Below are positions 45,450 through 54,000 of a DNA stretch of 64,000 bases, one piece after another. The notes beneath the pieces were generated by a model. That model was not told where the DNA came from. It searched no databases and saw only the letters and a program-made list of their open reading frames with translations. Each line of letters opens with the position of its first letter. Positions within the stretch are counted from its first letter, which is position 1. A program made the translations under genes and the position numbers. Source of the stretch: a virus (Duplodnaviria; Caudoviricetes); IMG/VR virus record IMGVR_UViG_3300016471_000834, positions 23,766-87,765 of that record; one strand, given 5' to 3'.

Positions 45450-45508
45450 CTATCTCCGTATAGGTACAGTGTTATTGCTTGCTTTGCACAGTGATAGCGG
45501 TAATTGAG

Positions 45509-46096
45509 TTATGCGGCGAGAGCTGGTAGCCCTGCACAGCGGCGCGGTCCTGCCGCCGCTTCCCGCAGGGTGATGAGATGGTCGCTGTTGCAATCCAATA
45601 GATGGTTCGCTTTGTACTGGATCACCTGGCGAGCCTCGTCCATCAGGACAAAGTCTGGGCCACGCCCGATGGCAGCCGGCCAGAGCACTGCCGCATAATA
45701 GTCCTCGATCGTTGGCTCTGGTAGGGTTCGTAGCGCGGTCCTATACATGCCGAAGTACAGCTCGACATACGGGAGTTGATCCATCTGGGTCATGGATACC
45801 AGCCGAGCCTTCGTCAGGCCTGCCACGAGGTTTGAGTGCGAATAGCGAGCCTTCAACTCCTCAATGCCAACCTGGGTGAACTGGATGAGCCCAACCCCCA
45901 ACTTCCGTCTTATGGCTGGCGCCAGATCTTCCCAGCGCTTCCCCCCAGCGCAGATGTCTGGAGCACACGTCCCCGCAGTCTCGAACATGATAATCCCCAA
46001 CAGCCAGACCCACAGGTCTACAATGCGGGGGTCCATGCGCTGAGCTATCAGCTTCAGTTCGGCCAGCCATGCTTCACTGTACGGTCGGTTCGGCAT
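45509..46096 (-). CDS. Lysozyme-like (transglycosylase-fold) putative endolysin
   Basis: 'I.FET.GT', 'GLIQF', 'L..MT...QL.YV..YF', 'D.YAAVLWP.A.G', 'Y.AN..LD.N.D..IT..EA' pattern. Confidence 0.75.
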   Translation of the reverse strand: MPNRPYSEAWLAELKLIAQRMDPRIVDLWVWLLGIIMFETAGTCAPDICAGGKRWEDLAPAIRRKLGVGLIQFTQVGIEELKARYSHSNLVAGLTKARLVSMTQMDQLPYVELYFGMYRTALRTLPEPTIEDYYAAVLWPAAIGRGPDFVLMDEARQVIQYKANHLLDCNSDHLITLREAAAGPRRCAGLPALAA

Positions 46097-46460
46097 TGCA
46101 CTCCCCTTTCGTCAGGCACTTCAGCTCGCTGTGCGCGGCGTCTGCCAGCGCTCGTACAACATCGAGCTCCTGGGAGAGCTCACCATCTGCCTCCTGCTTC
46201 CGATCCAGCATGTACAGAACTCCAGCCAGCAGGAGTTGAAGGAGTCTGCCACCCAGGGCCGGGGCAGCAGCCGGGATTAGCGCCTCAAGCGCCGTATGGG
46301 CCTCGTGAGCAATCTCAGCCAGCTCGTCGAGCACTGGCGTCGGCTTTTCCGGGTGGGCCTTCTTGTACTCGGCAATGCCGGTCTCGATCACGCGTAGCAC
46401 GACAGCTACGGCGCGCTCGCTGGCCACAATGGGATTGGGCAGTTGATACTGGTTGGACAT
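46074..46460 (-). CDS. Helical hypothetical protein upstream of the lysin
   Basis: 3' part of track ORF 46074..46649; overlaps the lysin start. Confidence 0.55.
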   Translation of the reverse strand: MSNQYQLPNPIVASERAVAVVLRVIETGIAEYKKAHPEKPTPVLDELAEIAHEAHTALEALIPAAAPALGGRLLQLLLAGVLYMLDRKQEADGELSQELDVVRALADAAHSELKCLTKGECNAEPTVQ

Positions 46461-46673
46461 GGGCCACATCCTTGTGATAGAGAATAAAGTTTCTCGAAGG
46501 CACCATAACAAATAAAACTGGCAAGCGCTACTCCGAGGGGGTGTAGACGTAATGATCTCCTGGGCAGGATGGATTCGTCTCGTCATCGGGACAGGACACA
46601 TCTGAGAATGTGCTCGGCGTCTGTACGGTGAACGGGAGTTGGAAATCATAGTAGTCTGGTATCAAGTGCCTTC

Positions 46674-47033
46674 TTATGGATTCCGGCCCCAGAACATCCG
46701 ACTTTCGAGTTTCCATCCCAGCAGGAACATCTTCGGGTCAAGCTGACGCTTCCGACTGTACTCGGCGCTCTCAATCTCCCTGGTTTCCTCCGGTCTCGAT
46801 GGCTCATAGAGAACGTAGACCCAGCCATCCTTGATGTACAATGCCTCAATCCGGACAGGCACCCCACCACAGCACCAGGGCGGCGGGGTGCCGTCCCCAC
46901 AGCCATAGGGGCCACAGCCGCCCATTCTCATCTCTTTGGCCTCAAAAAGGGCAGCAACCCGATGTAGTCCCAGCGCCAACTCTGTCAGGATTCCGCCGAG
47001 AATCCCTCTCATCCGTATCAGCTTGTTGTTCAC
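46674..47033 (-). CDS. Hypothetical protein
   Basis: 119 aa with GGAGG RBS. Confidence 0.5.
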   Translation of the reverse strand: MNNKLIRMRGILGGILTELALGLHRVAALFEAKEMRMGGCGPYGCGDGTPPPWCCGGVPVRIEALYIKDGWVYVLYEPSRPEETREIESAEYSRKRQLDPKMFLLGWKLESRMFWGRNP

Positions 47034-47114
47034 GATCTTCCAGCCTCCTCCATGTGCCCCAATTCGCTATCAGGGCAACCAATACACCATCACCCAGCAG
47101 AGCAAATCCTATCG

Positions 47115-47870
47115 TCACATACCACTCGAAATGAGGAGGCAACGCGACTGGAGCTTCACCAACGCCTGATACTGCCCCTCGGGAATGCGCACAAGCTCTT
47201 CAGCCAAGTGGTCCGCAAACCACTCTGCCGTCACTTCGCGCTTGTCATCGATGCCCACCCGGTAGTGGACGTACCAGTTCTCAGGATCGGCCAACTCCCC
47301 CATGCTGTTCAGTTCCTGCGTGGCCTGCAAAACCTGCACGGGCTGCTCATCGCTGTTCAGGTAGAAGCCCGGCCACAGGCTCATGCTGCGCTGGATGAAG
47401 AGGCGCCTGGCGACTGCGTTGATCTCTCTGGCGCTCAGATTCTTGAGTTCCTCAGATACGACCTGACGAAGATCCTGCGCCGGACATACTCGCGTGCGTC
47501 CATCTCGAGTGCGCTCGAGCGCGATGCCATCGCGGGCGCACACCCATCCCTCCCAGAGATTCAGCAGCTCCTGTGCCCGCTCCTCACAGACCCGATAGAC
47601 GTGGAGATGGCCACCTTCCTCGAGCCGGTACAGGATTTCATAGGACAGGGTCCTTGCCCCATAGCCTTGATCTGGACTCCAAACGATATCCTCCACCCGA
47701 TCTCCAGGGTAGAAGGGCGGCTCGTCAATCACTTCCTCTCGCCGGGGCCGGATCGTGATGATGTTCCGAATTGGTACCAGCGTACCATCCGGCTGCCGAA
47801 AGAACACCGCCATGTGACTCTTCAACGCTCGTGCCATTTCAACCTCCATGTTTCGTTCTGCGTTTACCAC
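47115..47870 (-). CDS. Hypothetical protein
   Basis: 251 aa ORF. Confidence 0.6.
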   Translation of the reverse strand: MVNAERNMEVEMARALKSHMAVFFRQPDGTLVPIRNIITIRPRREEVIDEPPFYPGDRVEDIVWSPDQGYGARTLSYEILYRLEEGGHLHVYRVCEERAQELLNLWEGWVCARDGIALERTRDGRTRVCPAQDLRQVVSEELKNLSAREINAVARRLFIQRSMSLWPGFYLNSDEQPVQVLQATQELNSMGELADPENWYVHYRVGIDDKREVTAEWFADHLAEELVRIPEGQYQALVKLQSRCLLISSGM

Positions 47871-47964
47871 CTCAAGAGCACCGGCCCGAAGGCCATTGGG
47901 CTTCCACCAATCACCCGAATGCTAGCAATCACCCGGGCGGGTCTTGCGAGGACGGTGCTCCCGG

Positions 47965-48384
47965 TCATTGCTTGACCAGCGCCGGTGTCGTGGCCGCCAA
48001 CAACTTCTGCAGGTCCTCGATGCGCTGTTCCACCGTCTGAAGTTCCTGCCGCTTCCGAGCGATTTCCGGAGCCGTCATGCGCTGCCCGGAGCTGTAATGG
48101 CTTCTGGTCCTCACCTCCGTGGCCAGCCGATCCTGAGTCCCTCGAGCCTTCCTCAGCTCGGCCTTCAACTCGTCCTTGCTGGGCCCGCGCTCTGCGGTGT
48201 AGTTCATCTCTGCCCGACGTAGCAACTCGGCTGGCTCAAACCCTCGAACAGCTGCGAGGTGCAAGAGGTTCGTGATCAGGTCTGGGATCGCTTCGTCGAC
48301 CTCCAAACCATCGCCATATTCGGAGGACATGAAGACCTCGAGCGCCTGCTCAGCGCTGACTGCTCTCTCCTGGTTCGTGCTCAT
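47965..48384 (-). CDS. Hypothetical protein (D.I.NLLH.A motif, C-terminal coiled coil)
   Basis: 139 aa, ATGA overlap. Confidence 0.6.
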   Translation of the reverse strand: MSTNQERAVSAEQALEVFMSSEYGDGLEVDEAIPDLITNLLHLAAVRGFEPAELLRRAEMNYTAERGPSKDELKAELRKARGTQDRLATEVRTRSHYSSGQRMTAPEIARKRQELQTVEQRIEDLQKLLAATTPALVKQ

Positions 48385-48980
48385 CGACTTCCCTCCTCGT
48401 ACTTCTCACCGACCTTCAGAAACCGCCAGATACCAGCACCTTCTCTGGGCGGAACCACATCCTGAATGCGGCCACCAGCACACAGCCGCCCCTTCCATCC
48501 TGATGCTCCACCGTAAGGCTGCCAACGCTCAAAGGGGACGGGCCCGGCGACTGTGCAGACTCGATCATAGCCAGCGGCCTTCATCAGCCACATGCACATG
48601 GACGCTCCATGCTCGGAACCCAGCTTCCAGGGGTTCGACCGTGTGGGAGGGAAGACGATGTCCTCGAGCGGCACCCTCGTATGGTACTGGCGAATGATGA
48701 ACAACTTCTCCTCAGAAGACAGCTTGGAGCCATCCTCGAGACTCGCGCCGAATCCAAACACCCCGGCCATGATCAGAAACTCGATCCAGCCATAATAGCC
48801 AGCGGCATCAAGCCGCCGTTTCCTGATGTCCACAGCCCGCTGATAGCTGCCGTCCGGTCCCGGTATGAAGCCTTTGGCACCACAGTCCCAGCGTTCATGG
48901 AGTGCTGAGACCAGCAGTTCCTCTGTCGTGGCCGTTTCAAAGCGCTCGGCCTCTTGCGCATACTCCGCTGCATCGTACAT
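48381..48980 (-). CDS. Hypothetical protein
   Basis: 199 aa with RBS. Confidence 0.6.
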   Translation of the reverse strand: MYDAAEYAQEAERFETATTEELLVSALHERWDCGAKGFIPGPDGSYQRAVDIRKRRLDAAGYYGWIEFLIMAGVFGFGASLEDGSKLSSEEKLFIIRQYHTRVPLEDIVFPPTRSNPWKLGSEHGASMCMWLMKAAGYDRVCTVAGPVPFERWQPYGGASGWKGRLCAGGRIQDVVPPREGAGIWRFLKVGEKYEEGSR

Positions 48981-49096
48981 CGATTCCTCCCATCGTTGAT
49001 GCCAAGAGCTCCGCTTTCGCGCCGGGCTTCCACCGGCCAGAGAAGGCGTCAGGAACCCCCATTGATCCCGACGCCTCTCCGGGTCTTGCGGCAGGG

Positions 49097-50395
49097 TCAG
49101 GCCATCATCGAGCTGCGAGCCGGGGACCGTCGCACCGGCACGTAGCCTCTGTTCTCCCGAGCCGTCGCCATCGCTCGAGCGAACGCTCTGGATACCTTGA
49201 GCTCCATGTCCCGCTGATCAAAGTCGTCGGTCTCTTTCTGGGCTGCCAGCGTGCCAGCATCCAGGAGGCTCGCCACGGTGTAGCCGGGGGTCGTCGTGGG
49301 GTCGTGTAGCGCGTCTTTGGTGGCCTTCAACTGATCCTCGGTCAACCGCAGATCTTTCGGACCCGCAGCAAAGACCTGGTTCATGTATTCGAACATGTCC
49401 TCGATCTGCATGGAGAGAGCTTCGGTGTACTCCCGGATAACACCTGACGCGGCGACGTCGATGTTGGTCATGGCGTCTCGGAGGCCGCGATGAATCCGGT
49501 AGGGATCTCCGACATGATTCCAGGAGTACTCGCTCTTATCGTCCCAGGAGAACGCGCCGTTCGTACACTTCAGCCGGAACATGCCACCGCGCAGGCCCAG
49601 GCTCGAGCGGGCCGATCCAGAGTTCCAGAGTTCGACCATCTTGATCGGCTTGTCCAGGACGGGCTGCTCCATTGCCAACCGGATGAACATGCCATCCGTC
49701 GTACGCCGACACCACAGCACGAACATATTGCGGATGGTCTGGATCTTCAGCAGCTGCTCGATGACGACCAGATCATCAAACGGAGTGTAGCTCTGGGAGA
49801 CGACGGAATAGACCACGGGCCCCTCGGGAAGCTCGATGGTGCGGAACTTCAGCGGCTTCCTGAGATCGTAGTTCTTCGGGTCATGCATGAAGGTGTTCCA
49901 GGCTCCCATTGCCAGCATGGACCCCTCGCTCATCCCCTCCTGACGGGCCAGCCGAATAGCGGCCAGGTCACGTAACACAGCCAGCCCGCGCGACGGCAGA
50001 ACTTCATAACCCAGCTGGGCGAGCCCCGTCTTCGTGAAAAGCATGGCACTACTCGTGTTCACCGACCGTGTGATCGGGTCAAGGGGGCCGATCATCATCC
50101 GGCCTTCCGGGTTGAAACCAACGTGGTACTGGTTCGGGCTGCGCTCGATGTCTCGAGGCGCGTAATCCCGACTCCATCGAACCAGGCCGTCCCGGAGTTC
50201 CTCGAGGTGCATGGTACGCACCATGTTTCGGGGGGTCGCGAACGTTATGAAGGGCGGGATATAGATGTAATCCGTTCCCCCCACGATGGGGTTTCCAGCT
50301 CTGTCCACCAACGTCGACTGCTGACCAGTCGGCGACTGAACCCCACTGCGCACCACCATTCCACCATTCACTGCAAGCTGCGTTCTCGTTTCCAT
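49097..50395 (-). CDS. DUF932-family protein
   Basis: 'VVS.SYTPFDD..VI', 'V.L.NS.SARSSL.L.GG.FR..CTNGA...H.G' signature; ATG at 50395 with GGAG RBS. Confidence 0.75.
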   Translation of the reverse strand: METRTQLAVNGGMVVRSGVQSPTGQQSTLVDRAGNPIVGGTDYIYIPPFITFATPRNMVRTMHLEELRDGLVRWSRDYAPRDIERSPNQYHVGFNPEGRMMIGPLDPITRSVNTSSAMLFTKTGLAQLGYEVLPSRGLAVLRDLAAIRLARQEGMSEGSMLAMGAWNTFMHDPKNYDLRKPLKFRTIELPEGPVVYSVVSQSYTPFDDLVVIEQLLKIQTIRNMFVLWCRRTTDGMFIRLAMEQPVLDKPIKMVELWNSGSARSSLGLRGGMFRLKCTNGAFSWDDKSEYSWNHVGDPYRIHRGLRDAMTNIDVAASGVIREYTEALSMQIEDMFEYMNQVFAAGPKDLRLTEDQLKATKDALHDPTTTPGYTVASLLDAGTLAAQKETDDFDQRDMELKVSRAFARAMATARENRGYVPVRRSPARSSMMA

Positions 50396-50489
50396 CGCAT
50401 TCTCCCTACTGCAATGCCTGGGTGCCACCAGGCGTCTCTGCTGAGGAATGGGCCCCAGCTCCCTCGATAGCGCTGTCGTGCCACAGCGC

Positions 50490-50915
50490 TCAACTCTCCA
50501 GGCTCGACCAGTACAATGGCCGGCTGGAAACCAGGTTCGTGCCGTGCTTCGATGTCTTTGCCGTCCAAAAGCACAGATCTCTCTGCACATGCAACAGAGC
50601 ATAGAAGCCAAACTCGCGCTTCACCGGCAAGTCAACAGGGTCCATCCAAACGATCTCGTCATTCGATATGGAATCTAGGGACTCATCATAGTCAATCGTC
50701 ATCACCTCCGCTGAAAACACCATCGTATCGATCGCGTCATCCTTGGCCCAGGCCGCTTCAAACATCGCCTTTCGAGCCAACAGCGTCATCAGCCCGCCAT
50801 CTCCCAGGTCTATCACGATCTTGTCTACCTTAGACGTTGTGAACTCATCACTGTGCGATACACCCGACACGATCAAGCACTTCATCCCTACCTCCAATAC
50901 CGCAGATGCACTCAT
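50490..50915 (-). CDS. Hypothetical protein
   Basis: First ORF behind the 50964 promoter. Confidence 0.6.
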   Translation of the reverse strand: MSASAVLEVGMKCLIVSGVSHSDEFTTSKVDKIVIDLGDGGLMTLLARKAMFEAAWAKDDAIDTMVFSAEVMTIDYDESLDSISNDEIVWMDPVDLPVKREFGFYALLHVQRDLCFWTAKTSKHGTNLVSSRPLYWSSLES

Positions 50916-50963
50916 GGCGCGACCCCCGCGCCTGGGGAAAAGAAGTATCAGGAAGATGATAGG

Positions 50964-50992
50964 ATAATAGCATGGAATACCGAAGAATGCAA
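50964..50992 (-). promoter_or_regulatory. sigma70-like promoter
   Basis: TTGCAT-N17-TATTAT with TGn extension, followed by CCTATCATC. Confidence 0.7.
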
Positions 50993-51016
50993 GTTTTTTG
51001 CACTGGTAACGGAATT

Positions 51017-54000
51017 TTAACCAAACAACCCACTCTGCACAAGCTCCTTCTTTTTCCTGCCTGTCCCACGCTTCGCAGGTGCCGGAGATCTCATCGTCAC
51101 CTTAGACGTTGGTGCGGGAGCACCCATCAGGCTCCAGATGTCGAGTTGCTTCTCAACCATCTCCATCGTGCATTCCACATGGGAGATCTCCTGCTGGACT
51201 TCGACTGTCTCATCATCTGGGATGTCATCAAACTCAGACGCTGATAGGCCCTCTGTCGCAAGCTGGCTTGCAAGCTCCCGGTATTGCGCCAGGAGCCTCC
51301 TGTACTTGGTAGTGTGCTCCCACTTACTATCCCGTTCGGCCAGGATGGCGGCCCGCTTAGCCTCAAGGAGGCTGATATCTGACCGCTCCTGCCTGATCTG
51401 GTGCTCAATTCTGGCCAGCGCTGCGTCCAGGGACTGGAACGTTCCCTGAGCCGTGCTGCCGAAACTCGCCTTCCATATCCCGTAGCTCGCGAAGGGTGGA
51501 ACAAGCCGAAGACTGTGGCGGTCCCCCCATTCGCTCTGGATGATGACGTCAAAGCCCTTGTACCTGGCGAACGGTCGATCGAGACTAGAGATGCCCTTGT
51601 AGCTGCCGATTTCCTTCTGATCCTTTCGTTCTATCCGGTGCTCCTTCCATAACTCCTGCAGTTCATCCAGGGTATAGGCGTACTGCTTCATGGCCTCAAC
51701 CACTTGGCCCATCTGCTCCCATGCAGTCTTGGCCTCTGTATGTTGGGTATAACGAGGTGCGGGCGGGGTCATCATGTACGTGCTGACCACTGATCTCGGG
51801 TGTAATACCTCAGTCGAATGCTGGCTATCCCTCAGCAGAATCTGACGCTCGAGGTTGGCGATGTTTCCCTCGTGCCGAGTGATCTGTGACGGAATCCAGC
51901 CCAGTTCGTATTTCTGGTTGGCCTTCGAGCGCACCCACGCCTGACGCACCTTAGAAAGTTTCGTAAGCTCGTTCTGCACCCCCACGAACTCGAGTACTTT
52001 GGGATTACCGCTGGCCAGGGCCTGAATCTCGGAAGCCCTCAGAACCATTTCCCCGATGTCCCCGTCAATGCGCCGGATGGTCACGTCCCCATACATCACC
52101 TGCTCAATGACCCTCAGTTTCGACCGAATGAGCCCCCACATGTATGCGTCAAAGCTACCCTCGGTCAGATAGACGTATACGTAGACCTGGTCCCACTGGT
52201 TCCCCTGGCGGCGAATACGACCGTCGCGCTGCGTTTTCCCATCCGGGCGCCATGTGGGGTCCAGATGATGGAGGGCGATGAGCCGCTTCTGGACGTTTAC
52301 GCCAGTAGACATCACCTCTGTGGAGCCAACGAGCACCCGGATCTCACCGTCATTGATCCGCTGGTAGAGTCGTCGCTTTTCTTCTGGGCTCTTGTGCTCC
52401 TGGGCAAAAGCGATCTGCTCGAGCGGAATTCCTTCACCTATGAGGTACTGCCGGAAAATCCCGTACATGCTCCGTTGCGCCGTCAGTTCAGCGGCTGTCA
52501 ACTCCTCCTGCACAGCCACCAATACGTCATCAGTTGGCACATCTGCCTCGAGTTCTTCATCCTCTCTCTTCTTGGTCTCCTTGCCCTTCTCCGCCTTTGG
52601 AACGCCCAGGTCCAAGAACACGAGCTGGGTTCCGAACTCATCGGCTGTCTCGCGCCAGTGCAGGGCGACATTGCGCGCACAGTCCCGGAGTTTCGTTGGG
52701 CGGTCGGCTGGAACAGCAAGAGCCGGATTCCCATTCGTCAGACTGGCCCATCGTCCGTCGCTACAGACCGACAGCATGTTGTCGACTTCGGGCTTCACCT
52801 TCCCCTCACGGATTCGCGAGGCTCGAGCCGCCAGACCCTTGATGAAAGACTTCAGGTCATCACTGCCTGGGGTCTGGACAACGATCTCCTGCCCGGTTAC
52901 CAGGGTCGGAATCTTGAGCTTCAGGTCTTCAGGCTTCACCACGTGCCAGCTCTGTCGGAGCAGGTGAACCAGCTCAGGGAGGTTCCCAAACTCGAGCCGA
53001 CTCACCACCCGATAACCGTCACAGGATGGATCAAGTTCCACGCTCGAGTAGGGCCGGGTGAACAAGCCAAAGAAAGCGTCCGCGTGGCTCAGCTCCTTCT
53101 CCTCGAGCAACGCTTCCTGCAGGTAGCTGGCGAACACGTAGGCCTCTGCCAGGCTGTTGGCGATCGGTGTCGCGGTCGCCAACAGAAGCTTGCCCTTGGC
53201 CTTCCGCGTGAGCCATCGAACCTTGCAGAGGAAGTCCAGGGAGATCTGATTCTTGCCGGTCCGGATCCCGTTCACCCGGCCCATCTTCGTGATGAGTTGC
53301 AGGTTCTTCCAGACCTGCGCCTCATCGCCAGCAAAGAAGTCGAAGCCCAGTTCTTCGAACTGGATAGTCCAGCTCGAGTCTCGCTTCGTGCGCTCGTGCC
53401 TGTCCCGGATCTTCGCCTCGTAATCGTTCCTCATGCTGTAGAGCTGCTTCAGACTCCGATCGTTCTTGGGATCGTCGGAGGTGGCCTCGAGGTCTCGGAT
53501 CTCCTCCTCGAGCACATCGAGCTGCTCCTGCAGCACGGCCGCAAACGTCTCCTCGCTCGCCGGGAGCATCTTGAACTGCTGGTGGCTCATGATTACCACC
53601 CGGAAGCCACCAGTGGCTACCCGTGCAAGGAATGTGCCGCGCTCGGCTTTCGTCAAGTCGTCCTTGCCAGCGCACAGGACCTGATCGGCTCGGCCTGGGA
53701 ACAGACGGCGGTAGTCATCCACCCACTGGCTCACCAGGTGCTTGGGGACCGCGATGACCGCCTTCGTGATCATGCCCAGTTGGAGTTGCTTCTCGATGGA
53801 TGCGATGACACCGAAAGTTTTGCCGGCGCCGGTCGGCCAGCCGAAGAGGGGGTGGGACTTGCGATCCGAGAAAAGGACGCGAGCCACTCCATCCTTCTGG
53901 AAGTCCCGCAGGCTATATTCCTGGTTCATGCCTGGGAAGGTCAGGAAGGAGCCGTCGAATTTCCGGGGCCTCCAGCAGTTGTAGCGGTCGTTGTAGATCT

